Of a DNA stretch of 64,000 nt, positions 29,661-39,585 are shown one piece after another. The position numbers and the translations under genes were made by a program. The notes below the pieces were generated by a model. The model did not search any database. It saw only the letters and a program-made list of their open reading frames with translations, and had not been told where the DNA came from. Position 1 is the first letter of the stretch, and every line of letters begins with the position of its first letter. Where the stretch lies: positions 1 to 64,000 of IMG/VR virus record IMGVR_UViG_3300033550_000002; one strand, 5' to 3'. The stretch is from a virus.

Positions 29661-30175
29661 GATGCCTCCTTCGTACCCCCGATGAAGGCACCGGGGATGG
29701 GAACGCCGTTCCGCTTGCTGCTCAGGTGGAAGGCCCGGATGTTCTCCTCGCACCGGTACGAGCGCTGCTCGGTGGTGCCGTACTCCTCGGAGAGCTTCCT
29801 GGCGTGCCTGCGGGCCCGTATCCCCGAACGGTGGATGATCTTCCCGCAGGCGCACATCGTGCGCTTGGCCTTCGCGCGGCCCACGTCCGTGCGCCCCGAG
29901 GACAGGAACTCCTCGAAGGCGGTGCGGTCGCACCGCAGCCACTCCGGCTGCCCGGCGGGCAGAGCGTAGAACCTCCACACGATCGAACCCTGTGCGCCCA
30001 TCCTGACGGTCACGAGAGCTTCGTCGACACCTCCGTCCGCGAGGCGGCGGATGTGCTCGTAGAAGACCTCTCGGCGTGCTTCCCGGACGATCCCCCGGGA
30101 GAGCCAGCGGCGCTGGCGGAACTCGTCGTGCAGTTCCGCCAGCGCCACCGTCAGGGACTTCTCGTCAGGCGACAC
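29657..30175 (-). CDS. hypothetical protein with Zn-ribbon-like C-terminus
   Basis: 'CACGK...YRC....FHLSS'. Confidence 0.5.
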   Translation of the reverse strand: MSPDEKSLTVALAELHDEFRQRRWLSRGIVREARREVFYEHIRRLADGGVDEALVTVRMGAQGSIVWRFYALPAGQPEWLRCDRTAFEEFLSSGRTDVGRAKAKRTMCACGKIIHRSGIRARRHARKLSEEYGTTEQRSYRCEENIRAFHLSSKRNGVPIPGAFIGGTKEAS

Positions 30176-31667
30176 GGAACTCGGGCTCCTGGACCGGCGC
30201 GGGGTAGCGGTCGATCCAGGCGAGTCCGGAGCGGTCGAGGTGACGCTTGGCGCGGGTGACGGCCACGTAGTGGATCATCGCCTCGTGCCGGTCGATGGTG
30301 CCGGGCTCCAGCTCCATCGTCAGGGGGTTCTCGAACGGGCGGGGCTCGAAGAAGTCGTCGCCGAGCTGGACCCGGTCCCACTCCAGACCCTTGATCGAGT
30401 GGCAGGTGGTGACCGCGACGTCGTGCTTCGGGTACCGGTCGCTGTACTCGACCATCTGCTTGCACGCGTCGATCAGGGGGCTGATCTTGTACGCCTGGAT
30501 GAGCTTCACGATCGACTTGAGGTGGCCGCCGCCCGGCTCCTCCGTGTAGTCGACCAGCTCCTGCCAGTTACTGAAGGCGCTCAGCTCCAGGCTGCGCGGC
30601 TTCTCGCCCTTCATGAGGCTGGACGCCGCGTAGGCGATGTCCAGGATCTGCTTGGTGCCCTTCACCATCGCGACCCGCTTGCCCGCCATCAGGTAGCTGA
30701 TGGCGTACTCCATCGCTCCGGCGTTGGTCCGGGTCAGAACCACGTCGGGGTCGGGCATCTCGCCCTCGGTGACCCGGTCGTTGATCGAGTCGAGACCCTT
30801 GATCGTCACGCCGGTCAGCGTGTGCGGCAGGTGCTTCATGGCCTCCTCGGCCACCGCGTTGCCGAAGCGGAAGGACTGCGTCAGGTACAGGCGCTCGCCC
30901 TCGAACTTCAGGATCTGGTCGGAGGCACCGCGCCAGGCGTACAGGGCCTGGCTCGGGTCGCCGATCAGGACGCCCTGCGCGCCCTTCTGGTTGGACAGGA
31001 ACTTCATCGTGCAGTCGTTACTGTCCTGCGCCTCGTCGATCAGGACGGCCTCGTAGCCGAAGTTCCGGCCGCCCTCGGCGACCAGCTTGAAGGCGTGGGT
31101 CATCGTGAAGGGGAGCCACGAGCCCGGCTGGATCGCCTCCAGCCAGATCCGCCAGGCGAGCTTCGCGATGTGGATGCGGGACGCCTCCATGCTCGTCTGC
31201 TCGACACCGGCCACCGCGAAGTACACGTCCTTCTCGGTGATCTTCTTGTGGTCGGAGTTGCAGAACCGGTTGATCGCCTCGGCGGCCAGGCGGGCCTGCG
31301 TGAACCCGTCGAGCATCAGCCCGCTGCCGAAGTCGACCGGCTTGATGCCGAGGCGCTTGGCGATGGCCGAGGCGGGCACGTGCGGCGCGTCGATCCTCAT
31401 GCGGTCCGCGTGCGTGTCGGCGTACGAGCGCCAGGCCATCTGGCTGGTGGTGCGCACGTCCACCCAGGGCATGTCCTTGAACTTGCGCTCCGCCTCCTTG
31501 CGGGCGGCGGTGTTGTAGACCAGGTAGAGCGTCTTCTTGCCGCGCATCTGGTGTGCCATGCCGACGGCGGTGGCGCTCTTGCCGGAACCGGCGGGCGCGA
31601 TCAGGGAGAACGACACCCCCTTGGCGGCCAGGTCGATCGCGGCCTGCTGCTCCTCCGTGAACTTCAC
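30165..31667 (-). CDS. UvrD-like (SF1) helicase
   Basis: Walker A 'APAGSGKS', 'IDEAQD', 'GDPSQALY.WRG', 'LTQSFRFG', 'HSIKGLEW', 'YVAVTRAK'. Confidence 0.92.
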   Translation of the reverse strand: MKFTEEQQAAIDLAAKGVSFSLIAPAGSGKSATAVGMAHQMRGKKTLYLVYNTAARKEAERKFKDMPWVDVRTTSQMAWRSYADTHADRMRIDAPHVPASAIAKRLGIKPVDFGSGLMLDGFTQARLAAEAINRFCNSDHKKITEKDVYFAVAGVEQTSMEASRIHIAKLAWRIWLEAIQPGSWLPFTMTHAFKLVAEGGRNFGYEAVLIDEAQDSNDCTMKFLSNQKGAQGVLIGDPSQALYAWRGASDQILKFEGERLYLTQSFRFGNAVAEEAMKHLPHTLTGVTIKGLDSINDRVTEGEMPDPDVVLTRTNAGAMEYAISYLMAGKRVAMVKGTKQILDIAYAASSLMKGEKPRSLELSAFSNWQELVDYTEEPGGGHLKSIVKLIQAYKISPLIDACKQMVEYSDRYPKHDVAVTTCHSIKGLEWDRVQLGDDFFEPRPFENPLTMELEPGTIDRHEAMIHYVAVTRAKRHLDRSGLAWIDRYPAPVQEPEFRVA

Positions 31668-31676
31668 GGGCTTCTC

Positions 31677-31985
31677 CTATTCCGTCTTTTCTTCATCCTG
31701 GCGGCCCGGGACGAAGTCTTCGGGCCACATTCCGAAGAAGTCGGCGAGCCGGTCGAGGTCCCTGGAGTCCCAGGTTCCCGCCTGGATCTTCCGGGGCATG
31801 TACGCCTCGGAGACTCCCAGGTGATCAGCCAGCTCGCGCAGCTTCCTCGTGTACACCTTCCGGACCGTGCTCCCGGTGAGGGATTCTCGGTCCTCGCTGA
31901 CCTTGAGGGCCAGCATGTTCTCGACGGTCTGACTGATCGTCGCGCCTGTATTTTTCGCCACGGTCTCTCCTCGTGATTGCCTCAC
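31677..31985 (-). CDS. HTH DNA-binding protein
   Basis: 'RELADHLGVSEAYMPRKI...W...DLDRLADFFG'. Confidence 0.7.
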   Translation of the reverse strand: MRQSRGETVAKNTGATISQTVENMLALKVSEDRESLTGSTVRKVYTRKLRELADHLGVSEAYMPRKIQAGTWDSRDLDRLADFFGMWPEDFVPGRQDEEKTE

Positions 31986-32045
31986 TTAAAGATACCGCCG
32001 TTTTCCCTTCTTCTGTGATTCTAGCACAGAAGAACTTCAACTTGC

Positions 32046-32609
32046 TTACAGGCTACGGAGGTAGTCGCCGAGGCGGATCGGCTTGTCCTCGATCACCACG
32101 ACCTGGTCGGAGAGGCCGGAGTTGTCGGCCTCCTCGATCAGCTTCTTCTTGTGCGCCTCGACCTTCGCCACCCTGGCCTGGCGCACCAGGCCCATCGCGC
32201 GGTCGTGGCGACCCTTCTCGATGAGCCTGCGGGCCGCGTTCTGCTGCGGCGGCGTCTCCCGCTGAACCTCCGTCGGCACCTCGGCGGGCTTCACCGGGGC
32301 GGGCGGCTCGGCCACGGGTGCGTCGACCACCTCGGACCGCTGTACCCCGGCCGACGGCTCACGCAGCTCCACCTCCTGGGTGACGCCCTCCGCCTGCTGG
32401 GCGGCCACGGCGTCCTGGTAGTACTTCAGTGCGGCGTCTGATCCGCTGCGGATGTACGCCTCAACCATGTCGGCGGAGAACAGGAAGTCCTCGAAGGCTC
32501 CTCCGCCCATCGCGCCCATGTACTGCCCGGCGGCCTGTGCAGCCGCCGCACGGATCTCGATGTCGTCCACGTTCCCCCTCTTTTCAATTCCAGGGCGGGA
32601 GTTCGCCAT
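32046..32609 (-). CDS. hypothetical protein
   Basis: 187 aa ORF; true start may be internal. Confidence 0.5.
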   Translation of the reverse strand: MANSRPGIEKRGNVDDIEIRAAAAQAAGQYMGAMGGGAFEDFLFSADMVEAYIRSGSDAALKYYQDAVAAQQAEGVTQEVELREPSAGVQRSEVVDAPVAEPPAPVKPAEVPTEVQRETPPQQNAARRLIEKGRHDRAMGLVRQARVAKVEAHKKKLIEEADNSGLSDQVVVIEDKPIRLGDYLRSL

Positions 32610-32709
32610 GCACCAGGAAGTACAGCAGCCCGTAGACCGCCGAGAGGACGATCAGTATGACCGCACCCTGGAGCAGGGCGATTCCCAGGTTTCTGAAGTT
32701 CTGCTTCAC
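32584..32709 (-). CDS. small membrane protein
   Basis: 'LGIALLQGAVILIVLSAVYGLLYFLV' hydrophobic helix, overlapping starts/stops. Confidence 0.45.
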   Translation of the reverse strand: MKQNFRNLGIALLQGAVILIVLSAVYGLLYFLVHGELPPWN

Positions 32710-32954
32710 CGGTACATCCGGCGGACCGCTTCGACGTCGTCGGCGCGGTACCCGAGACCGTTCCAGGTGCGCACCGGGCGGATGCCGTTGCGAACCAGGA
32801 CGTTGCGGGTGCGGCGGGCGTTCAGGCCCAGCCGGACCGCCGCCTCGTGGAGGGGGATGATCGGGTCGACGCTCTGCGGCGTGCTCTCGCCGCGTGCGCG
32901 CCTGCGCTCCTCGCGCTCGCGCTTCACGTCGGACCACTTGGTGTGCGGGTTCAT
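32706..32954 (-). CDS. excisionase/MerR-like HTH protein
   Basis: 'LHEAAVRLGL...GYRADDVE'. Confidence 0.6.
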   Translation of the reverse strand: MNPHTKWSDVKREREERRRARGESTPQSVDPIIPLHEAAVRLGLNARRTRNVLVRNGIRPVRTWNGLGYRADDVEAVRRMYR

Positions 32955-33103
32955 TCCCTCTCCCTCTTGCGCCGTCGAAGTTCAGCCAGGCCCAGGATTC
33001 GGATGGTGTCCGCGAGGCTCCGGCTGTCCTTTTCCGAGAAGTCCTGGAACTCGGACTTCTCCTCCTTCGTCAGCCGGATCGTAACGCGTTCGTCGCGTGC
33101 CAT
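32951..33103 (-). CDS. ribbon-helix-helix protein
   Basis: 'RVTIRLTKEEK..F......RSLADTIRIL'. Confidence 0.6.
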   Translation of the reverse strand: MARDERVTIRLTKEEKSEFQDFSEKDSRSLADTIRILGLAELRRRKRERE

Positions 33104-33111
33104 GCCCGCCT

Positions 33112-33330
33112 CTACGAGTGGTCGATGCCGCTGACCGCGCTGCTGCCGGGCCCCTCGGCGACGGCGGGGCCGGTGTTGCGGACGGTGATCCGGGTACCGG
33201 GGCGGGGCGCGGGGCCGGAGTAGCCGGAGACCGCCCGGCCGCCGCCCGACTGCACGGCGGGGCCGGTGTCCTGGATCTTCACGTTGCTCCGGCGGCGGAG
33301 CCGCGCCCACATGCGCTCGACGGTTTCCAT
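33112..33330 (-). CDS. small Gly-rich hypothetical protein with internal repeat
   Basis: two copies of 'TGPAV..G...AVSG'; GAGGT RBS. Confidence 0.5.
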   Translation of the reverse strand: METVERMWARLRRRSNVKIQDTGPAVQSGGGRAVSGYSGPAPRPGTRITVRNTGPAVAEGPGSSAVSGIDHS

Positions 33331-33392
33331 GAACCTACCTCTCTGTTCGGTAAGTTCAGTCTACGGCAGACTTTGGCTGCCAATCAAGTCCC

Positions 33393-33770
33393 TCAGGAGC
33401 GGCCGGGCGAGCAGTAGAGGGCGAACCCCACGGCCACGGCCGTCACCAGCAGGCACGGCAGGGAGAACGTGAGGAACGTCGAGACGGCACCGACTCCGGC
33501 CACGATCCACATGCCCAGGTAGAGGCGCTGATCGTGCACCACGTGCTCGACCACGCGCTCGACGCCCTCCTGTTGGATGTAGGGCGACTCCTGCTGGATC
33601 TTCACGATCCGGTGGTAGGCCATGTCGGCCGCCCGCTCGTGCGCCTCCGGCCCGAAAGCGCCGATCCCGTCAGGGGTGGGAGATCCCGCGCGAGCGCGCT
33701 CGGCAGGAGGGTGCGCGAGACTCCGGCGTCGAGCCGTGGAGCCGAAGATCTCGTCCTTGTCGTAGCTCAC
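33393..33770 (-). CDS. membrane protein
   Basis: C-terminal hydrophobic segments. Confidence 0.5.
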   Translation of the reverse strand: MSYDKDEIFGSTARRRSLAHPPAERARAGSPTPDGIGAFGPEAHERAADMAYHRIVKIQQESPYIQQEGVERVVEHVVHDQRLYLGMWIVAGVGAVSTFLTFSLPCLLVTAVAVGFALYCSPGRS

Positions 33771-33845
33771 CGAAACCGCATCACCTTTCCCTCCACTTCC
33801 ACACCCGATTGTGCGGTACGTTTCGCCTTTTTGGCCAGCACGAAA

Positions 33846-33869
33846 AGGGCCCGGCCGAAGCCGGGCCCT
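33846..33869 (-). terminator. UUCG-capped intrinsic terminator
   Basis: AGGGCCCGGC-TTCG-GCCGGGCCCT then TTT on - strand; similar hairpins at 47421-47450 and 61442-61473. Confidence 0.7.
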
Positions 33870-33872
33870 CGT

Positions 33873-34604
33873 CTACAGGGTCAGGAACAGGAGCAGTCCG
33901 TTCATCGCGAGTGCGACGGCAAGAGCCGGACCCTTCTCCTCCTTCTGACCGGACTTCACGTAACTCCCGAGAAGGCGGAAGTTCCACCACCGCTTCCCGC
34001 TGAACTTCACCGGCCACAGGGCGGGGACCCCGGAGGTGGTGCACCCGTCCGCGATCACGTGGCTCAGGTAACCGCCGCCGACGGCCAGGGCCATCAGCCA
34101 GGGCGTCATGTACAACCCGGCGGCGTACGAGACCGCGACCGCACCGAGGAAGCAGACCGCCATGGCGATCCGGCGGGAGACCTTGCCCTTCTTCCGGTAC
34201 ACCGGCCAGAGCAGGAACACGCCCAGGCCGGTCACCAGTCCGCCCAGGGTCGCCGTGTCGGCGAGGTAGGCGAGCGCCGAGAGCGCCAGCGTCACCAGGA
34301 CGGTGTGGGTGAGCGTCCGGTGCACCGGGTCTTGCCGGTTGATCCGCTTCCAGTTCGCATGGCTGACGTCACGGCCGGTCGAGGTGGACGTCAGGGCCGC
34401 CCGGCTGACCCGGTGGACCGCACGGTGCGCGAGCGGTCCGACGGCCTGGCTCGCCAGGGAGTTCGGACTGTCGATGTCGGGCAGCAGGGAGAATCCGGCC
34501 GAGACGGCCGCCATGATGACACCCTGCGGGATCGACACGGCCCCGGTCAGGGTCACCCCTGCGGGGACGGAGACCCCGATGGCCGCGTGGACGGTCCCCT
34601 TCAC
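33873..34604 (-). CDS. membrane-bound metal-dependent hydrolase (YdjM-like)
   Basis: 'G.VH', 'SLLPDIDSPNS', 'HRTLTHT', 'GYLSHVIADGCT..GVP.LWP'. Confidence 0.85.
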   Translation of the reverse strand: MKGTVHAAIGVSVPAGVTLTGAVSIPQGVIMAAVSAGFSLLPDIDSPNSLASQAVGPLAHRAVHRVSRAALTSTSTGRDVSHANWKRINRQDPVHRTLTHTVLVTLALSALAYLADTATLGGLVTGLGVFLLWPVYRKKGKVSRRIAMAVCFLGAVAVSYAAGLYMTPWLMALAVGGGYLSHVIADGCTTSGVPALWPVKFSGKRWWNFRLLGSYVKSGQKEEKGPALAVALAMNGLLLFLTL

Positions 34605-34951
34605 TCGACGGCCCTCACGATCGCCTGGACATCGACGGAGCGGACGTCCTTGAAGCCGCGCAGGGCGTTCTCGATGTGCGACCGGCACAGGGTCGGGATC
34701 TCTCCGGCGTCGTAGTACGTGCCGTCGAAGAGGATTTCCGCCGACACGTACGCGCGGTTCCGGGTGCCTTCCGGCACGACCGGGAGCGAGTCGCCCCGGA
34801 GGGCCGCCCGGAGCCGCCTGGAGGCGATGCGCAATCCGGGCCGGTAGCGGTCGTCGGTCTTCGCGTCGTCGTGCAGGGCGTCCATCTCCAGCGCCATGGA
34901 CTCCAGCAGCTTGCGCTCTTCCTGGTTCATCGTTTCCTCTCTCGTGGACAT
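34601..34951 (-). CDS. hypothetical protein
   Basis: ORF in operon. Confidence 0.5.
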   Translation of the reverse strand: MSTREETMNQEERKLLESMALEMDALHDDAKTDDRYRPGLRIASRRLRAALRGDSLPVVPEGTRNRAYVSAEILFDGTYYDAGEIPTLCRSHIENALRGFKDVRSVDVQAIVRAVE

Positions 34952-34995
34952 GCCGACGGCCGGGGCCCTTGCGGACCCCGGCCGTCAGGTCGTTC

Positions 34996-35469
34996 TCAGA
35001 TGCCGTTCTCCAGGGCCTCGACCCAGATCTCCTCGAAGCCCTTCTCGGCGCTCTCGTCGATCATCACCTTCGTGATCTCCTCGATCGTCTTGCCCTCCTT
35101 GTGCATCCGGACGATCCGGACGCAGCGCTCGGCCGACTTCATCCCGAGCTTGGCGCGGATCGAGAGGGCCGTGACGGGGTCCTGGCCGCCGACCACGGCC
35201 TCGTCGTTGTACGTGACCCACTCGGGCAGCTTCTTGCGGTAGCCCGCCTCGGCCAGCTCGACGGCCTCGGGGGTCGCGTCCTGGATGTCGCGGTGGAGCA
35301 GGCGGATCAGCTCCTGCTTGAGGTCCGCCTCGCTTTCGGTCTTGGCGCGCAGGGCCGCCTCGAAGGTCCGGACCGAGATGTAGATCGCGGCGTCCCGGCC
35401 GACGCCGAGCTTCTGCATGGTCTCCGACAGCATGTCCTGCGGGGAGCCGGGGTTCGTCGCCTTGGCCAT
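34996..35469 (-). CDS. hypothetical protein
   Basis: 157 aa, GAGGAAA RBS, GC3 bias. Confidence 0.6.
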   Translation of the reverse strand: MAKATNPGSPQDMLSETMQKLGVGRDAAIYISVRTFEAALRAKTESEADLKQELIRLLHRDIQDATPEAVELAEAGYRKKLPEWVTYNDEAVVGGQDPVTALSIRAKLGMKSAERCVRIVRMHKEGKTIEEITKVMIDESAEKGFEEIWVEALENGI

Positions 35470-35494
35470 GTCTCTTTTCCTCTCCTCGGTCGGG

Positions 35495-36160
35495 TCAGGA
35501 GACCCGCGTCGCGCCGTAGTAGTCGCTCATGTAGCTGATCTTGTCGAAGCGGATCTTCGACCTGCTGTTCGGGGCGTGCAGCATGTACCCGCTGCCGACG
35601 TACAGCCCGACGTGGTGGATGCCGCGTTCGGTCTGGCCGTAGAACACCAGGTCGCCGGGACGCAGCGCGCTCTTCTTCGGGTGGACGTTGGTCGTCGCGT
35701 ACTGGTCGTTCGCCACGCGCGGGAGCTGCACCCCCGCCTTGGCGTACGCCGCCTGCATGAGGCCCGAGCAGTCGAAGCCGCCCTCCTCGTCGGACTCGCC
35801 GCCCCACACGTACTTGTGACCCAGCTTGGTCTGGGCCCAGTTGATCGCCGTGGCCCAGGCGGGTATCTCCTGGGAGCGGGCGGCCGGTGCCATGTCGTTC
35901 CGGGTTCCGACCGGGTCCTTCTTGGCCTTTTCGCCGGAGACCTTGGGCTTCTCCGGCTCCTTCGGCTTCGTGCGGTCCGCCCGGTCGGGGGCGGGTCGGG
36001 GGGCTCCGTCGGCGTAGGAGTTGACCTCCTGTATGGCCGGATTCTTGTTCGCCTTGGCGTTGCTGACCGGCGAGTCGCCGAGCGATCCGCAGCCCGTAAG
36101 GGCGAGAGCGGACAGGCTGGCCGTTGCGGCGGCCAGCGCCGCCCGGTGTCGCACCTTCAC
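35495..36160 (-). CDS. NlpC/P60 peptidoglycan endopeptidase lipoprotein
   Basis: lipobox 'LTGC'; 'YVWGG...FDCSGL', 'PGDLVFY', 'HHVGLY'. Confidence 0.92.
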   Translation of the reverse strand: MKVRHRAALAAATASLSALALTGCGSLGDSPVSNAKANKNPAIQEVNSYADGAPRPAPDRADRTKPKEPEKPKVSGEKAKKDPVGTRNDMAPAARSQEIPAWATAINWAQTKLGHKYVWGGESDEEGGFDCSGLMQAAYAKAGVQLPRVANDQYATTNVHPKKSALRPGDLVFYGQTERGIHHVGLYVGSGYMLHAPNSRSKIRFDKISYMSDYYGATRVS

Positions 36161-36780
36161 TGCTCGAACCTCCCTGCCCGCTCGAAGATCAGGCGGACGT
36201 AGTCTCGGGTTTCCCTGTAGGGCGGGACGCCCTGGTACTTCTTCACCTTGTAGGCCCCGGCGTTGTACGAGGCCAGCATGTTCCTGCGCGGGTCACCGGG
36301 TACGTTCCTGACGTAGCTGGCCACCTTGCAGTCGTACACGGCGGCCGAGGGGATCGCGTCGGCGGGGTTGAGGATCTGCCTCTTTCCGTCGCCGTTGGCG
36401 TCGATCCCGTGATCGGCCCACGTTCCGGGCATGAACTGCGCGATGCCGCGCGCTCCGGCCGGAGAGTCCTGCTGACCGGAAACGACTTCCGGCTTGAATG
36501 CGATGCTCTCCTGGTAGAGCTGCGAAGCCAGAAGTGCGGGGGTCAGGGAATCACACAGGTTTCCCCACTTGTTGAAGAGGGCTTCCCACTCCTTCTTCGG
36601 AACGGAACCGGGCCGGATCGGCCCGCCCTTTCCGGAGAACTTGTAGCTCTTCTCCGTGGACTCGTTGGTCTGAGTGTTCGCGCTGGCAACCGTCTGCGGC
36701 GCGTCGCCGGTATCCGTCAGGGCGAAGTAACCGCCCGTCAGGAGAAAGCCGACAACGAACACGCCTCCTGCTCTTCGCAT
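36157..36780 (-). CDS. soluble lytic transglycosylase
   Basis: N-terminal TM; 'QES', 'SPAGARGIAQFMPGTW', 'ASYNAG', 'PPYRETRDYV'. Confidence 0.9.
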   Translation of the reverse strand: MRRAGGVFVVGFLLTGGYFALTDTGDAPQTVASANTQTNESTEKSYKFSGKGGPIRPGSVPKKEWEALFNKWGNLCDSLTPALLASQLYQESIAFKPEVVSGQQDSPAGARGIAQFMPGTWADHGIDANGDGKRQILNPADAIPSAAVYDCKVASYVRNVPGDPRRNMLASYNAGAYKVKKYQGVPPYRETRDYVRLIFERAGRFEQ

Positions 36781-36887
36781 CTCTCCTCCTTCCGTGATTC
36801 CACCGTAACACTGACCTAGGCCATGTTCAACCCCCAGTTTTCCCCCAACAAGCCGAAACGGCCGGACCCCTTGAGGGGTCCGGCCGT

Positions 36888-37520
36888 TCAGCCGACCTGG
36901 AGAAGCTGCGGAATCCACTGCCCGATCGCGAAGGTCACGTCGGCGAACCAGCCACCGCCGAGCGGCCACAGGAAGCCGCAGATCGCGCCGTACATCAGGT
37001 CCTTCATGTCGTCGTCCCGGCTCCGCATCGCCATGCCGAGCAGGAAGAAGCACAGGCCCGCCGCGCCGATGTCGGCGATGATGGGCCAGTCGGCGATGCC
37101 GAGGACGATGCCCTGGAACCACTCGACGATCGAGAGGATCGCGCCCGGCTGGCTGCTGACGATCGCCGTCATGCCGAACGCGCCGAAGCCCCAGGTCATG
37201 AGGGACTTCCAGTCGATGCCCTCCATGTCGTCGCGCTTGGACCACTTGTCGAGCATCCGCTTCGTCGGGTCGGTGATGAGCCGGTCTCCAACGGAGACGA
37301 TCAGCGGCCCCCACGGACCCATCGAGACGATCTCGCCGGAGCCCTTGCGCTTACGACCACGGATGCACCAGGCCGAGAAGACCAGCATCACGATCCCGAC
37401 ACCGGCCATCGACATGTGGCCGACCCAGGAGTTCTGCGGGACGTCGATCTGCTGCTGCTGAAGTGCGAGAATCACCTTTCTTCTCCTCTTCGTGGGTTCT
37501 CTTCCAGGTGGACGAGCCAC
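36888..37520 (-). CDS. multi-pass membrane protein (putative spread/transfer)
   Basis: about 5 hydrophobic segments; in the operon divergent from GntR. Confidence 0.55.
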   Translation of the reverse strand: MARPPGREPTKRRRKVILALQQQQIDVPQNSWVGHMSMAGVGIVMLVFSAWCIRGRKRKGSGEIVSMGPWGPLIVSVGDRLITDPTKRMLDKWSKRDDMEGIDWKSLMTWGFGAFGMTAIVSSQPGAILSIVEWFQGIVLGIADWPIIADIGAAGLCFFLLGMAMRSRDDDMKDLMYGAICGFLWPLGGGWFADVTFAIGQWIPQLLQVG

Positions 37521-37578
37521 CAGTACCCCCGGCCGATTTGACTCGGCTGACCCGACTCGCGGCGGGGGCCCTTGTGCA

Positions 37579-38541
37579 TCACCAGGCTGCGTCCGGTGCG
37601 TTGAGCAGGAAGCCGGTGACGATGGAGGCCAGCGGCATCATGAGCAGGATGTGCGTGGCCCCCAGGGGAAGCCGCTTCTCGACGCGGTCGAAGACCCACA
37701 TCGTGAAGTAGTACGCGGTGCAGAACAGTCCGGCGACCCAGATGAGCCACCACTCCAGGACCCACGGCCCCCCGAACATCGCGGTCACCTGGTCGGGGTA
37801 CGAGACCCCGGTCAGGAAGACCAGCGGGACCAGGTAGGGGAGCCGGTTGAGCCAGCGGAGGGCGAAGCCGCCCAGCCTGCTCACGTGCGTCGCCTGACCC
37901 AGGTAGTTGGTGCTGATGTTCCGGATCGACAGGATGAGCATCGGGAGGAGCCCGATGATCACGGCCCAGATGAGCGAACCCATCCGGCCGGTCTCCCCGG
38001 CCATGACCAGGGTGTCGCGGAACCAGCGACCGGGTCCGTTCATGATTCCCCACTCGGAACCCTGCCCGGCGGCCAGAACGCTGGCATCGTGCGCCGGGGC
38101 AATCAGGGTTCGTCCGGAGAGAAGAACGATCCGGTCGTAGGCCGCAACGAAGAGCTGCGGTCCGGCCGCCCAGGAGAGCGCCGACGAGAGGAGGAAGGAG
38201 GTGACGTAGGGCTTGGTCCGTCCGTTCCTCAGGTCGAGGACTCCTCGCATGGACCCGATGACCTTCAGGACCGGCTCGACGACTTCACCGGCCAGCTTCT
38301 TCTCCTCGGCGACCCGTTCCTTCACGGGCTCCAGAATCTCTGCGGCGTCCTTTCGGACTTCCGCTTCCTTGGACTTCGCCGCCTTGCGACCCTCGGCCCA
38401 CTTGGAGCGAGCCGAGTTCGCCTTTTCCTTCAGCTTCCGCAGGTCGCTTTTCAGCGTCCTCGGCGGCTTGCGGCTGGCCCCCTTGAGGTGCACGGTGGGG
38501 GCCTTCTTCGGCTTGGGGGGTACCCCGGTCGAAGTTGCCAC
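37579..38541 (-). CDS. multi-pass membrane protein with basic coiled N-terminus (putative spread/transfer)
   Basis: Lys-rich N-terminus, 4-5 TM segments. Confidence 0.55.
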   Translation of the reverse strand: MATSTGVPPKPKKAPTVHLKGASRKPPRTLKSDLRKLKEKANSARSKWAEGRKAAKSKEAEVRKDAAEILEPVKERVAEEKKLAGEVVEPVLKVIGSMRGVLDLRNGRTKPYVTSFLLSSALSWAAGPQLFVAAYDRIVLLSGRTLIAPAHDASVLAAGQGSEWGIMNGPGRWFRDTLVMAGETGRMGSLIWAVIIGLLPMLILSIRNISTNYLGQATHVSRLGGFALRWLNRLPYLVPLVFLTGVSYPDQVTAMFGGPWVLEWWLIWVAGLFCTAYYFTMWVFDRVEKRLPLGATHILLMMPLASIVTGFLLNAPDAAW

Positions 38542-38553
38542 GGTTCTCCTTCG

Positions 38554-38709
38554 CTACGGCTTCCCGTCGGACGCCAGCCCGATGGTCTCCACCACGCGGT
38601 CCTCCACGCGCTGGATATCCTGGGAAGAGCTGTAGTCCGTCAGGGTCGAAAGCTCCGCCTGGGCGACGGAGTTCTGCTGGGCGTTGCTGTCGTTCTGCGC
38701 CATCGTCAT
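38554..38709 (-). CDS. 51-aa small protein (not in ORF track)
   Basis: MTMAQNDSN...GKP; AGGT RBS; first gene after the GGCCTAGGCC promoter. Confidence 0.5.
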   Translation of the reverse strand: MTMAQNDSNAQQNSVAQAELSTLTDYSSSQDIQRVEDRVVETIGLASDGKP

Positions 38710-38756
38710 CACCTACTTTCCTGGCTGGCGCTTGTGACTTCAGCATGACACAATAC

Positions 38757-38766
38757 GGCCTAGGCC
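38757..38766. promoter_or_regulatory. palindromic operator GGCCTAGGCC in the divergent promoter region
   Basis: perfect palindrome upstream of gntR; variants recur at several other promoters. Confidence 0.65.
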
Positions 38767-38789
38767 ACAAGTGGAGACGAGGAGAAAAC

Positions 38790-39524
38790 GTGACCGACCA
38801 GATTCCCAAGTACCGCGTCATCGCGGGCATTTACCGGGGGCAGGTGACCTCCGGTGCGCTGGAGCCGGGGTCTCCGCTGCCGTCGCGGCGCAAGCTGGCG
38901 AAGCTGCACGAGACCTCGCGCGTGACGATAGACCGCGTGGTCGAACTTCTGACGGCCGAGGGCGTGCTGGAACCGTCGGACGGCAATCGCCCTCCGGTCG
39001 TGGCCGACATCACCCAGCGGACGGCGACGATCCAGAACCGGATCGAGAACGCTGCCGCGACCGGACGCGCGCTGGGCGAGAAGGAGACCTCGAAGATCCT
39101 GCGGATCGAGGAGGTTCCGTGCCCGGCCGACATCGCTCCGCTGCTCGGCGTCAAGACCGGCGAGCCGGTCGTCTGCCGGGAGCGGCTGAACCTCATCGAC
39201 GGGGAACCGGTCGCCACCGGCCGTTCGTACTACCCGCCCGAGGTCACCGACCTGACGCCCGAACTGCGGCAGCCGGTCTCGATCCCCTCCGGCTCCCGCG
39301 AGCTGGCGGCCGAGCGGATGGGCTCGAACCAGAAGGACGTGATCACGATCATCACGTCCCGCCTGGCGAACGACCGCGAGCGGAAGCTGCTGGAGCTGGC
39401 CAGCCCGTTCAGCGTCGTGACGCAGGCCGCCCGCAGGGTCCTGCTGGCCAACGGCCGGGTCATCGAGGTCGCCCTGAAGATCGGAGAGGGCTCTCGGCCG
39501 CAGTCCTTCTACACGGCCCTGTGA
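38790..39524 (+). CDS. GntR/HutC-family regulator with UTRA domain (KorSA/TraR-like)
   Basis: 'PKYRVIA...G.LEPG.PLPSRRKLA....SRVT'; UTRA-like 'RLNLIDGEPVA...SYYP'. Confidence 0.9.
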   Translation: MTDQIPKYRVIAGIYRGQVTSGALEPGSPLPSRRKLAKLHETSRVTIDRVVELLTAEGVLEPSDGNRPPVVADITQRTATIQNRIENAAATGRALGEKETSKILRIEEVPCPADIAPLLGVKTGEPVVCRERLNLIDGEPVATGRSYYPPEVTDLTPELRQPVSIPSGSRELAAERMGSNQKDVITIITSRLANDRERKLLELASPFSVVTQAARRVLLANGRVIEVALKIGEGSRPQSFYTAL

Positions 39525-39537
39525 GGACCCGATGCAG

Positions 39538-39582
39538 AAACGAAAATCCCCCGCTCCTCTCTGAGGGCGGGGGATTTCGTTT
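39538..39582. terminator. bidirectional terminator
   Basis: AAACGAAAATCCCCCGCTC...GGGCGGGGGATTTCGTTT inverted repeat between convergent genes. Confidence 0.7.
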
Positions 39583-39585
39583 TGC

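Noticed and set aside
32706-33330. RHH plus neighbouring small ORF as a toxin-antitoxin pair
   Set aside because: No recognisable toxin motif in the adjacent ORFs.
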